Shown: in pieces, positions 11,966 through 24,668 of the stretch | How the letters are laid out: every line of letters begins with the position of its first letter | How positions within the stretch are numbered: the first letter of the stretch is position 1 | Source of the DNA: Mobula hypostoma | Taxonomy: Eukaryota | Direction of reading: 5' to 3' | Assembly (NCBI RefSeq): GCF_963921235.1 | Contig: NC_086101.1 | Coordinates: forward strand, 3,288,001-3,352,000 | DNA length: 64,000 bases | Translations under genes and position numbers: made by a program | The notes under the pieces: generated by a model | The model's database searches: none | Told to the model about the DNA's origin: nothing | Seen by the model: the letters and a program-made list of their open reading frames with translations, nothing else

Positions 11966-12732
11966 GTAGGAGCCTGAAGCCCCCCTCTGGGATGCGAGGA
12001 TGACGGGCTGGAGTTTGGGAAAGTGGGAAGGAAGCAGAGGTGTGGAATTGATTCTCTGATCCCGTGATAGGCATTGGTTGGGCTCTGGAGTATTGTGGGC
12101 TGCTATCTAGGAAAAGATGTGCTGGCACTGGAGAGGGTCCAGAGGAGGTTTGCCAGACTGATCCCAGGAGTGAAGGGGTTAACATATGAGCAGCGCTTGC
12201 TGGCTGCGTTCACTGGAGTTTAGAAGAATAATAAGGGGGATCTCTTTAAAGCCCATTGAATATTGAAAGGGCTAGATAGAGTGGATGTTTCCTATAGTTG
12301 GGGAGTCTGGGACCAGAGGGCACAGCCTCAGACTAGAGGGACGTCCATTTAGAACAGAGATGAGAGGGAATTTCTTCAGCCAGAGGGTGGTGAATCTGTG
12401 AAATTCATTGCCACAGATGGCTGTGAAGACCTAGTCATTGGGTATATTTAAAGCGGAGATTGATAGGTTCTCGATTAATCAGGGTGTGAAAGATTACGGG
12501 GAGAGCGCGGTTGAAAGGGTCGGTAGAATAGTGGAACAGACTCGATGGGCTGAGTGGACTAATTCTATTCCTAGGTTTTCTGGTCTTACGAGACCACAGC
12601 GGTGGCACGGAGCCCAGCCTGTGGGGTCTTGCTGTGTGGGCAGGGTCGCTGCTTGTGTTCTGCTGATGTTGGACTCTGCTCCTGATGCTGACACTAACTC
12701 TCCACTTCCCTTTCCCTTCTCTCTCTCTGCAG

Positions 12733-12924
12733 GAGTTTACAGCCCAGGAGGGCTGGGCGCAGGCTTCCCATGCCCAGGAGATGAGCCGGGTGTCCCTGGA
12801 GCTCAAGGGCAGGGAAGCCAAAATCCGCCGTCTCTCTGAGCTCCAGACCTCCAGCACCCGCAGTCACAATGCCGAGCGGCTCCATCTCCAGGCACTGCTG
12901 CACAGCAAGGACCAACTCATTCTG
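12733..12924 (+). CDS. Myomegalin-like gene, visible exon 6 (EFTAQEGW...SKDQLIL)
   Basis: Long pyrimidine tract + cAG acceptor, GTgggt donor, 192 nt, phase 0-0. Confidence 0.85.
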
Positions 12925-13386
12925 GTGGGTGTGTCCCTCTCCCTTCGGCCCCTGATGTTGTGCTGACCTTTTAAACCTCTCTAAGATCAACTTAACCCTT
13001 CCCTCTGACACAACCCTCCAATTTTCTTTCTTTCTTTCTTTTTAAATCTTTTTATTGAGTAAGTATACAAAAAAGGTAAGCCATATAAACATTAATACAA
13101 TGTTAAAGTATAATAAAATTCCAAAAGATAACAATACCAAAAAGAAAATACTACAAACAATGTAATTTAAGCATAAGAAACCAAGATAACATAATAGTAT
13201 ACTAAATTTTATATATATCAATGGAAAAAAAGAAAAAAAAACCCCAAAAAAAACCCCACCGTGCAACTAACTAAAAGCAAAGCAAAGCAATGGGCTAACT
13301 TGAAACCAAACAGAGTTAAACTTAAAATCACGTCCTCAATCCCGACCTCCATTAAAACAGTGAAAAAAAAACAAGAAGGGTAAATA

Positions 13387-16300
13387 TTACATTAAATGAA
13401 AATATCGAATAAAAGGTCCCCAAATCTGTTCAAATTTAAATGAAGAATCATAAAGGTTACTTCTAATTTTCTCCAGATTCAAACATAAAATCGTCTGAGA
13501 AAACCAAAAAAAGGTAGTTGGAGCATTAAGCTCTTTCCAATGTTGTAAAATACATCTTTTCGCCATCAAAGTAAGAAATGCAATCATTCTACGGGCTGAA
13601 GGGGAAAGATTACTAGAAATTTTAGGTAGTCCAAAGATAGCAGTAATAGGGTGAGGAGAGATATCTATATTTAATACCTTAGAAATAATATTGAAAATAT
13701 CTCTCCAAAAAGTTTCCAAAGTAGGGCAAGACCAAAACATATGAGTTAAAGAGGCTATCTGCCCCGAACATCTATCACAGAAAGGATTAATATGCGTGTA
13801 AAAACGCGCTAACTTATCTTTGGACATATGTGCTCTATGAACCACTTTAAATTGAATTAGGGAATGTTTAGCACAAATAGAGGAAGTATTAACTAATTGT
13901 AAAATCTGCCCCCAATCATCCACAGAAATGGTAAGCCCCAATTCCTGTTCCCAATCTACCCTAATCTTATCAAATGGAGCTTTCCTAAGTTTCATAATAA
14001 TATTATAAATCATAGCCGATGCACCTTTCTGACATGGATTAAGGTTAATTATCGAATCTAAAATATATATAGGAGGAAGCATTGGAAAGGAAGAAAGTAT
14101 AGTACTTAGGAAATTTCTAACTTGTAAATATCTAAAAAAAAATGTATTCTTGATAAGTTATATTTATTAGATAATTGTTCAAAAGACATAAGGGAACCAT
14201 CTAAAAATAAATCCAAAAACCGTAAAATACCCTTAGTCTTCCAAGTTTGAAAAGCGCGATCCGTAAAAGAGGGAGGAAAAAATATGTTACCTAAAATAGG
14301 AATCGCTAACCCGAATTGATTAAGATCAAAAAATTTTCTGAATTGAAACCAAATACGCAAAGCATATTTAACGATCGGGTTAGAGACCTGCTTAAGGCGT
14401 TTCGAATCAAAAGGAAGAGATGAACCTAAAATAGAACCAAGTGTATAACCCTGAACAGATTGTAATTCCAATGCTACCCATTTAGGAATAGATAGTATGT
14501 CCCGGTCAAGTAACCAAAATTTCATATGTCGAATATTAATAGCCCAATAATAAAATCTAAAGTTAGGTAATGCTAAACCTCCATCTCTCTTAGCTTTCTG
14601 TAAATGTATTTTACCCAGTCTCGGATTCTTATTCTGCCAAATAAATGAAGAAATTTTAGAGTCGACTTTATCAAAAAAAGATTTAGGAACGAAAATTGGT
14701 AATGCCTGAAACACATATAAAAATTTTGGCAAAAAAAACATCTTAACTGCATTAATACGACCAATCAAAGTTAAATATAAGGGAAACCATTTAGATGAAA
14801 GTTGAGTAATATGGTCTATTAATGGTAAAAAGTTAGTCTTAAATAAATCTTTATGTTTACAAGTAATTTTAATCCCAAGATATGAAAGGTAATTATTAAT
14901 CAATTTAAATGGAAATTTATAATATAAGGGAAGATGTTTATTAATCGGAAAAAGTTCACTCTTACTAAGATTTAATTTATAACCTGAGAAAAGACCAAAT
15001 TGTGCTAATAACTCTAAAACAGCAGGAATAGATCTCTCAGGATTAGAAATATATAAAAGTAAATCATCAGCATAGAGTGATAATTTATGGGACTTTAATC
15101 CCCGAGTTATCCCAGTAATATTTGAAGATTCTTGAATAGCAATTGCAAGAGGTTCTAATGCAATATCAAATAATAGGGGACTAAGAGGACAGCCTTGTCG
15201 AGTACCACGAAAGAGAGGGAAAAAAGGTGAGTTTAAAGAGTTAGTACGAACCGAGGCTACAGAGGAGTGATATAACAGTTTAATCCAGGATATAAATTTC
15301 AAGCTAAAATTAAACATTTCAAGCACCTTAAATAAATAAGGCCATTCTACTCTATCAAAAGCTTTCTCGGCATCTAAAGAAATAACACACTCAGGAACAT
15401 TTTGTGAGGGAGTATAAACGATATTTAACAATGTACGAATATTATAAAAAGAGTAACGACCTTTAATAAAACCCGTTTGGTCTTCCGAAATAATAGAAGG
15501 AAGTACTTTTTCTAGTCTATTTGCTAATAACTTAGAAAAAACTTTAGAATCAACATTTAATAAAGATATTGGTCTATAAGATGCACATTGAGCAGGGTCT
15601 TTATCCTTCTTTAGTATTAAAGAAATTGATGCTCTATTAAAGGATTCCGGAAGTTTACCAAGTTTCAAAGAAGCCTCAAAAACCTTATAGAGCCAAGGAA
15701 TCAATAAAGAAGCAAAACATTTATAAAATTCAACAGTAAACCCATCAGGGCCAGGAGCTTTCCCCAGATTCATAGAAAAAATAACATTCTTAATCTCATC
15801 CATTGTAATGGAAGTATCTAATAAAGAAGACATATCCTGTGAAATCTGAGGGAAGTCTAACTTATCTAAAAAATCATTCATATATTTAGAATCTCGAGGA
15901 GACTCTGATTGATATAAAGAAGAATAAAAATCACAAAAGGTTTGATTAATCCCCACATGATCCAATATCAATCGATCATTTTGGTTATAAATCTGATTGA
16001 TTTGAGATTTAACATAATTAGATTTCAATTGATTAGCCAGCATCTTGCCAATTTTATCACTGTGAACATAAAAATCACTTCTTGTTTTCTTTAATTGGTT
16101 TACAATCGAGGACGAGAGTAGTAAACTGTGTTCCATTTGAAGTTCAGTTCTTTGTTTGTATAGCTCCTCAGAAGGAGCCATAACATATTTCTTATCAATT
16201 TCTTTAATCTTGTCCACAATTGCCATCTCCTCCTGCTTCTGTTTCTTCCTCAAAGCAACGGAATACGAAATAATCTGACCCCGAATATAGGCTTTAAAAG

Positions 16301-17165
16301 TGTCCCAAAGAGTGTTAACCGAAATATCTTCTGTATAGTTAATTGTAAAAAAAAGCTCAATCTGTTCATTCATAAAATTAACAAAGTTCGAGTCCTGAAG
16401 CAACAGCGAATTAAAACGCCATTGTCTATTGTTTGGTATATTGGCCATAATTTTAATAGAAAGCTTAAGTGGAGCATGATCCGAAATGGTTATAGAATCA
16501 TAATCACATTTAATCACTGAAGGAATGAGACGAGAATCAATAAAAAAATAATCAATTCTTGAATAGGAATGATGAACATGTGAAAAAAAGGAAAAATCTT
16601 TTTCCTGAGGATGCAGAAAACGCCAAATATCCGTCGACCCAGAATCAGAAAGGAAAAAATTAATCAAATTTGCAGATTTATTAGGTAAAGTCCGTAAAGG
16701 AGCCGAACGGTCCAAAGCTGGAGATAAACAGGTATTAAGATCTCCGCCCCAAATCAATAAAAACTCGTTCAAATTCGGAAACTGATCAAACAATGATTTA
16801 TAAAATTCCGGACAATCCATATTAGGAGCATAAACATTAACCAAAACTACTTTTTTATTAAATAGTAAACCACTAACCAATAAAAATCTACCATTCGGAT
16901 CAGAGATAATATCCTGTTGTATAAAAGTAACTGAAGAATCTATAAAAATAGAGACGCCTCGAATCTTAGCATTGGAGTTCGAATGAAATTGTTGTTCCTT
17001 CCAGAATTTGAAAAAACGTAGTCTGTCCCCCCTCCGTACATGGGTCTCTTGTAAAAATAAAATTTGTGCTTTAAGTCTCCGGAACACTTTAAAAACTTTT
17101 TTTCTTTTAATAGGATGATTAAGACCATTAGTATTCCAGGAGACAAAATTAATAATAGACTCCAT
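13387..17165 (-). CDS. L1 ORF2 (APE endonuclease, RT, CCHC knuckle) with one frameshift at A9 14134-14142
   Basis: SWNTNG, LQETH, GGDLN, SDH, YRPISLLN, DAEKAFDRV, RQGCPLSP, YADD; C-terminal CDRC..HMFWSC in 13387-14082. Confidence 0.92.
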
Positions 17166-17888
17166 AAATCCTAAAGTCAACCCACAACAAGGAGGATTGA
17201 CAATAGGCGCGACCCACAAACCCGGAGAGGAAACAGAACATACAAAAGATACCGGGGAAAAGGACGCAACCAGTACTTCAATAATGTATATAGCCCAAAG
17301 AAAAACAAACTAAAGCGTGAAGCCCCTCCCACCACCCCCCACCCCAAGACCCCAAGGCAAAATCTAAAGCAGACCCGCCAGAAAGAAGCAAGCGCTAAAA
17401 CTACCCCCATGACTTCCGGTATACGCTCTCTAAAAAAAAGGTATAAATATGAAAAGGATCAGCTAATTGTAAAACAGTAAAAAAATAAGTAAAAAAAAGT
17501 TAGCTCAATTAGAATACACACAGAACAGAACAAAAGCCGGAAAATATATATTAAAAAAAACCACAATAAACCTCAAACTCATGAATAGACACAGCAACAA
17601 AAAAAAATAGGATTATTAACATAAAGTGATTATAAAAAGCAAAACAGAATAAAATTTAAAAAAAAACTACAAAATTTAAGGCCGCACAGGAAATACGTAA
17701 GATGACAAAAGGGAAGTAACCACCCAGAATCCCCTGGGAAAAGAAAGAAATGACGCAGTTAAAAAAGAAAGTTTAGCAGCCATATTAAAAAATCAAAAGT
17801 AAACTTTTCTGCCCAAATAGGGCACAGAAAAGTTAAAACCAACCAATTCACAGCCTCCGATCAACGGAGAAAATTAAAAAAAAGGCAA

Positions 17889-18788
17889 TTAAGATGTTGA
17901 AGATGAAAGTTGATCCAGATAACTCTGGGCATCCGATGGAGAATCAAAAAAACGAAGGGCTCCATCTAACATGCGAATCCTTAGACGTGCAGGGTACAGC
18001 AGCGCTGGTCTTAAATCCATCTTATAGAATTCCGACATCACGGATCTGTAACGGACCCGTTGGTCCCAGATTGGTTTACTGAAATCTTCCACGAATCGGA
18101 ACTTAAGATCCGAAAAATCAATGAAACCTTTAGATCGAGCGAATCGAAACAGTCTCTCCTTGTCTTGAAAGTAATGAAAACGTAAAATAACATGCCTAGG
18201 TCTATCTGACCTAGACGAGTATGATGGGATTCTGTGAACACGATCCAGTAGCGGTGGTTGGTCAGGAAATACAGTAGGGAATGCATCTTTTAAAAGTTGA
18301 GAGAAATATTTCATGGGGTTGTTAGCTTCAACGGCTTCCCTCACGCCAATCATTCGTAAATTCTGCCGTCGCATTCTAGATTCCAAGTCAGAGTTTTTAA
18401 AAGTCAAAAAGTCAAGTTTCTTCTTCATTACATTAATTGTTTCTTCGATTTTCCCCATCTTAAGCTCACTTTGTTGCGCGAATTTTTGAAGATCAGATAT
18501 AGCCGACTGATGTTCCGCAATACATGTTTGCATCTTATCAATTAAATCGGCAATTTTCTGGAAATTAGTTGAGATTTCCGCATGAATCAGGTCTTTAACA
18601 AAGCCTGCAATTTCCGTACGAATCATCTCCCTAACAGAGGTTGAAATTTCCCTCTGAATTAACTCCGATATCGCTTTCAAAGTCACCGGTGATTCAGTCG
18701 GAGGGAGATCCGTAGCTTTCGGTTTAGCCGGAGGTTTACCATCCTTGCCGTTTTTCCCGTTCTTAGACATAGCAGATCTAAGTATCAT
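17889..18788 (-). CDS. L1 ORF1 (coiled coil, RRM, CTD)
   Basis: 299 aa; heptad region, then DLESRMRRQNLRMIGV, DRVHR, EDFS, LLYPARLRI. Confidence 0.92.
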   Translation of the reverse strand: MILRSAMSKNGKNGKDGKPPAKPKATDLPPTESPVTLKAISELIQREISTSVREMIRTEIAGFVKDLIHAEISTNFQKIADLIDKMQTCIAEHQSAISDLQKFAQQSELKMGKIEETINVMKKKLDFLTFKNSDLESRMRRQNLRMIGVREAVEANNPMKYFSQLLKDAFPTVFPDQPPLLDRVHRIPSYSSRSDRPRHVILRFHYFQDKERLFRFARSKGFIDFSDLKFRFVEDFSKPIWDQRVRYRSVMSEFYKMDLRPALLYPARLRIRMLDGALRFFDSPSDAQSYLDQLSSSTS

Positions 18789-20077
18789 TCAATTGTCAGA
18801 GAATTCAGTTTAGTTCAAAGTATTGTAAAAATTGATGCCTTAATGGTTAATTAAAGTATAGCTGACCATAGAGAAAAAAAAAACTCAGAGGTAATGGAGC
18901 GAGTCAAGAACGCGACTTCACTCCATGAGCGCTACCGGAAGTCCCCCCCAATTTTCTATCATCCACCTAAGAGTTTCTTAAATGTCCCGAATGTATCTGC
19001 CTCTACCACCACCCTTGGAAGTGTGTTCCACAAACCAACCTCTATCTGTTTTTACCTCTGACATCCCTCCCCAATCATCTTAAAATTATGTCCCATTGCT
19101 ATAAAAAAAAAAAAAAAATCTCTGGCTATCCACTTGATCCATGCCTCTCATCATCTTGTGCACCTCTTTCAAGGCACCTCTCATCCTCCGTCACTCCAAA
19201 GAGAAAAGCTCGAGCTCGCTCAACCTCTCCCCATAAGACACACTCTCAAATCCAGGCAGCACCCTGGTAAATCTCCGCAGCACCCTCTCTAAAGCTTCCA
19301 CCTCCTTCCTATGATGAGGCAACCAGAACCGAACACAATATTCTGTCTGGTCTAACCAGGGTTTTATAGAGCTGCAACATTACCTCGTGACTCTTGAACT
19401 CAATCCCCCGACTAATGAAGGCCTGTACACTGTACATCTTCTTAACCATCCTATCAACTTGCATGGCAACTTCAAGAGGTCTATAGATGTCAACCCCAAG
19501 ATCCTCCACTCTGCTAAGAACCCTGTATTTTACCTTTAAATTTGACCTTCCAAAGTGATTCACTTAACACTTTTCAAAGCTGAACTTCACCTACCACTTC
19601 TCAGCCCAGCCCTGCATTCTATCAACATCCCATGTAACCTATGACAACTTTCTAGAATATCCATAACTCCAGCCTCTCAGCAAACTAACTAACCCACCCT
19701 TCCACTTCCTTATCCATGCCACAAAAGAGCAGGGGTCGCAGACCAGATCCCTGTGAAACACCACTGGTCACCAACCTCTGCTTTCCTTGGGCAAGTTAAC
19801 TCTGAATCCACACACCCAAGTTTCCCTGGTTTCCCATGCCTCCCAACTTTCTGAACTGGCCTATCCTGGAGCACCCGGAGAAAACCCACCCATTCCTCAG
19901 AGAGGACATACAGATGACTTTTGAATTGAACTTCAAACTCCACACCCTGAGCTGTAACACCATCGCGGTGACCGCTGAGCCACTGTAGCAGCATATACAC
20001 TACATCCGCCGCTCTTCTGTCATCTTTGTTTTGTTACTTCCATAACGTGTCCCCCCCACCTCTCTCTGTCTGAGTAG

Positions 20078-20170
20078 GGACTGCTGGAGGATGGACGGTC
20101 CAGGGACAGGATTCTTTCCGAGATCCAGGAGAGGCTGGCGCCAAAGGTCAACGTCAAACACACCCTCTGA
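20078..20170 (+). CDS. Myomegalin-like gene, terminal coding exon (GLLEDGRSRDRILSEIQERLAPKVNVKHTL*)
   Basis: Pyrimidine tract + gtAG acceptor; phase 0 matches the previous donor; TGA at 20168-20170. Confidence 0.72.
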   Translation, partial: GLLEDGRSRDRILSEIQERLAPKVNVKHTL

Positions 20171-20839
20171 GGTCAAGGTCACAGGTGAGGCTAAGAGGAC
20201 TCCCTCGCACGAGGACACGCCTGTGTCCTGGGTCACCTGTAGGCGGGCATCGCTAGGCACTGGGTGGAGACGGGTGGTCACTGAGTTTGGGTGGGACCAC
20301 CACGCTGTTGGAGATGACTGCCAGTGGTCTCGGTTGGATGTGGAAAGCATAGGAGCAGAATTAAGCTATTTAGTCCATCAAGTCTGCTCCACCATTGCAT
20401 CATGGCTGAATTATTATCCACCTCCACCGATTCTCCTGCCTTCTCCCCATAACCTTTGACGACCTAAGTAATCAAGAACCCATCAACCTCCGCTTTGAAT
20501 ATACTCAATGACTTGGCCTGAATGAATTCCACAGATTCACCACCCTCTGGCTACAGAAGTGGGGGGGTTGGTGTTGAATAGTTTTTGTAGGCATTGTAAT
20601 TTGTGGCAGGGGTTATGTGTTGCTGTCTGGTGTTCCTTCCCCCTCCCTAATCACCCCCACTTCACACCCAAAGGTGAGCCAACTGCTGGGGCTGAAGTCA
20701 CGTACACACTAGACCACCCAAGGTCCCTCCCTTGGCGGTTGTTAGACAGGCGAAGGTACCCACTCCAGTCCATAGACTGTCACACTTACTGGGGCTAGTA
20801 ATAATGTTGGGTTAAGGTAACGTTAATATTTTCAATGTG

Positions 20840-21142
20840 TTGGCACGTGGCCAAGTGGTTAAGGCGTTGGTCTAGTGATCTGAAGGTCGTGAGTTCGAGC
20901 CCCAGCTGAGGCAATGTGTTCTGTCCTTGAGTGAGGCACTTAACTACACATTGCTCTACGACGACACTGGTGCCAAGCTGTATGGGTCCTAATGCCCCTC
21001 CCTTGGACAACATCAGTGTCGTGGAGAGGGGAGACTTGCAGCATGGGCAACTGCCGGTCTTCCATACAACGTTGCCCAGGCCTGCGCCCTGGAAACCTTT
21101 CAAGGCGCAAATCTATGGTCTCACGAGACAACAGATGCCTAT
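20840..21142 (+). mobile_element. tRNA-derived SINE, copy 1
   Basis: A box TGGCCAAGTGG, B box GAGTTCGAGCC; body shared with the copies at 31072 and 59603. Confidence 0.9.
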
Positions 21143-22533
21143 TAAAAAAAAGTTTTCAATATTTTAATGTTATTTTATTTTAACCTCAGAAAAAAATCTA
21201 TTTATTTTTAATACCTTGCATGTGAATATCAGCAATATTCAAAGTTTTCGACAGTTTTGACAGCTTGTTTCAGCTTTGGGGCACTGGGTGTGTGGGTCAA
21301 TCTTGCTGCACGTGCAGGTCGTCATTGGGGAATCGACTTGCACCAAAGGTAGGTGGGTGAAGGGGGAGCCGTGTCTGATGGGGAAAGGGCCTTCTTGCCC
21401 CATGTGTGCTTTTTGAGCTTCTCCCATGGCTCCATCAGCGTGGATTCTCTGCGCTATCCTATCTCATATCCCCTTGGACATGCCCTTGCTGTTTGTCGAA
21501 ATTCCTCATGGGGGGGTGGGGGTGGGGGAGCTAGCTCCTCCTGAATTCTGGGTTGGGGTCTAACCCTTCTCCTGATTTGTGTTCCGAGGTGGCACTGGAG
21601 GTCGGAACTGCTGAGTGACTGATGGAACTAGAAACTCGTCTGCAGTGCAGAAAGGCAGAGAGGCCACCACATCTACAGGAGCATCTGAGCAGCAGAGTGC
21701 ATCATACACCACCCCTCTCTCTCCACCCCCTCCCACCCGGTATCTGCCCCCACCTCCCTTTCTTTACCCACTCCCACCCCGTCTGTCTGTCTCTCCCCTC
21801 CCTCCCAAACTCTGTATGCTGGCCCTGCGAATATTGCCCTCCTGTCTCCTGAGAGCCGTGAGACAGGGTGGGGTGTGGGGAGGGCCGGCGTGTCTGGAAA
21901 TCCACCCCCCTCAGCCATGTGGTCAGGAGGGATGGGGTCTGTGTGTCTGGAGAGGGTGCACTTTGAGTTTGTAACTAATCCTGAGCAACCCAGACCCAGG
22001 TCTTATCCTGTCCACCACCCTCCCCCCTCCCCACCTTCTCTCTTTGTCTCCTATCAAGACAACTCTCACTCACTATTTGCCTGGGTGGACAATGCCAGCT
22101 TTGCAAACTGCCATCCTTCATGGATCTGACACTGGAAAGTAACCAGACTGCCATCGAATCTCCGCCTCCATCCCCCCGTGTTTCTCCGATGAGAATATCT
22201 GTGTTTGTGCGTCTGTCCTGCAGTCCTGTGCAATAACAACCTGGAAGCTGACTTGGGTGGGCAGTGCACCCTCCAAACTGATGGTGCTGGGTGGTTGTGT
22301 GGGGCGGTCACAGACACTGAGTCCACAGGGTTTGCAGACCTCTGGGTGTGGACTGACACCTGTCTGCTGGTCTCGCTTGCTCAGGGCACCGACGGGTGAA
22401 TCAAATCTCAGGGAGCAACTGTCAGGTTCCAGGTATCCAGCATATTGGAAGCACACCCTCAGGAAGCCAGTGGCAGCCCACTGGGGTTTTTGGTGCATAT
22501 CTCTGCACATGTTCTGTTCCTTGTTAAATATGA

Positions 22534-22539
22534 AATAAA
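22534..22539 (+). terminator. Candidate polyadenylation signal of the myomegalin-like gene
   Basis: AATAAA followed by G/T-rich downstream sequence (22550-22610). Confidence 0.55.
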
Positions 22540-24084
22540 GTCTATTGATGGTTTTTTGCCAAATGCACAGGTGCAGTTGGTTTATTGATGGGTTTGTTGT
22601 TGGCTTTACTTTAAAGTTTATTGCAAGGTCTATGAAAAACTTTCTTGCTGGGGGCATCACAGGCACAGGAATCTTACTTTCTTGATCTGTAGTTCTGTAT
22701 CTTCCAGGTGAGAGACAATCCCTAGTGGGCAAGTCGGCGGCAGCTAGTGTTTAGAACATGGCCGTAAGGCCTAGAGACCATAAGGCATCAAGTCTGCTCC
22801 ACCATTTGATCGTGGCTGATGGTGAATGAAGTTATCCACGCCGGTTCAGGGACCCAGTGATGCGGGATGCAAGGCTTCTGTGCCTCCTGCCTGATGGTAG
22901 TAGCAAGAAGAGGGCGTGGCCTGGATGGTGGGGGTCCTTGGTAATGAGTGCTGCTTTCTTGTGACAGCGCTCCATGTAACTGTACTCAATGGTGGGGAGG
23001 GCTTTGCCTGTGATGTCCACTTTCGGTTCTTGACTGCAAACCTGCAGAAGGTCGTAAACTCAGCCAGCTCCATCATGGGTTCTAGCCTCCCCAGCATCGA
23101 GGACACCTTCAAAAGACGATGCCTCAAAAAAGCAGCATCCATCATTAAGGACCCCCATTACCCAGGACATGTCCTCTTCTCATTGCTGCCATCGAGGAGG
23201 AGGAGGTACAGGAGCCTGAAGACACACACTCAGTGATTCAGGAACAGTTTTTTCCCACCGACATGAGATTTCTGAGTGGATAGTGAACCTGTGAACCTAC
23301 TTTTTTTTGCACTACATATTTAGTTTAACTTTTTGTGTGTGTATATGTTATATATTTACTGTGTTTCTTCATTTGGGGTCGTGAGTGTGGAATGAGCTGT
23401 CAGCACAAGTGCATGCAAGCTTGAGTTCAATGCTTCAGAGAAGTTTGAATAGGTGCAGGGATGGTAGGGATACGGAGGGTTAAGGTCCTGGCGTGGGTTG
23501 TTGGGAATAGGCAGGGTAAATGATTTTGGCATGGACTAGATGGGCCAAATGGCCTGTTACTGTGCTGTACATCTCTATGATTCTAGGTATTGTAATGTAC
23601 TGCTGCCACGTAATGACAAATGTCACATTTGGCATTAAACCTGATGCCGGTATATGCATGTTCCCTTACCAGGCTGTGATGCAGCCTGCCGGATTACTTG
23701 CCTCTGTGCATCTATGGAAGTTGGTCAAAGTTTCAGATGTGATGCAGAATCTACAGAAACAAAAGCAGCACTTATCCAACTTCAGGGAAGTGTAGCTTGC
23801 ATCCCAGATTCCTCCATACATCAGCTCACCTGGTGTTCCTGGTGTATCGGTCCTGCCTCACCCTCACCGGCTTCTGGGAGAGTGCAACAGCGAAAGGACC
23901 CATGTGTCCCACCCCACGAACTGAACCCTGGGGCATATGCGGAAGGTCAGGGATGGTGGGCTCCACACACACAGGCCGGGTGCAGAGTGTTCCTGGTCAG
24001 GCGACAGGACGGTCTCGGGAAGCGGAGGTCCTGGAACGGGTGCGAGGGAAATTTACAGGATCAGTTCCAGGGTGGAGGTATTAA

Positions 24085-24668
24085 GATCGTCGTGGTCGTG
24101 GCTATCCCTGGAGGTCGAGGATGATGGTCTTCATTCTGTTGGTCTATTTATGGGCTCTCGAGTGGCTTATGAGTCCGATCTTGGCTTTGAAAGTTCTTCC
24201 ACTTCAGGGCAGGTAGTTCCAGATGGCAGATCGAGCTTTGGTTGTTGCTGCCTCTCTTTCCATTTTCTTCTCTTTTCTTCTAATTCTGCACATCTGTTGG
24301 CTTCGAAAGTTGCTGTTCCTTCTCGGATGACGGCTTGCCAGAGTTTCCTGTCCTTGGCATTGGTTTCCCAATTGTTGATGTCGATGTTACATTTCTTCAT
24401 ATTGGCTTTCAAGACGTCTTTGAATCTCTTCTGTTGTCCGCCTCTTTTACGTTTGCCTTCTTTAAGCTGGGAGTAGAAGATTTGTTTCAGCAGACGTTTG
24501 TCTTTCAACGTGACTGCTCCATCTTAGTTGGTTCTTGACAACGTAGGCTTCAATGCTTGTTGTTTTTGCTTCATTTAGCACACTGACGTTGGTTCTTCTA
24601 TCGTCCCAGCTGATATTTAAGATGTTTCGAAGACAGCGTTGATGGAACTTTTCAAGTGCCTCAAGGTA
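24085..24668 (-). mobile_element. RTE-clade LINE 3' fragment
   Basis: RLLKQIFYSQLKEGKRKRGGQQKRFKDVLKANMKKCNI..WE..AKDRKLW. Confidence 0.8.

Larger units (their letters stand above)
13028..18947 (-). mobile_element. Full-length L1-clade LINE (~5.9 kb), in an intron, inserted into an older CR1 3' end
   Basis: TSD CCAATTTTCT at 13018-13027 and 18948-18957; 5' end GGGGGACTTCCGG; ORF1 and ORF2; AATAAA plus (GAAA)n tail; host CR1 continues to ~19860. Confidence 0.95.

Noticed and set aside
20840..20915. tRNA genes (also at 31072 and 59603)
   Set aside because: The tRNA-like heads continue into a shared ~230-nt body, so these are SINEs.
22118..22732. 204-aa minus-strand ORF containing SKIP (SxIP-like)
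   Set aside because: No recognisable domain, non-ATG start, and opposite strand to the myomegalin-like gene; probably chance, though not excluded without a search.
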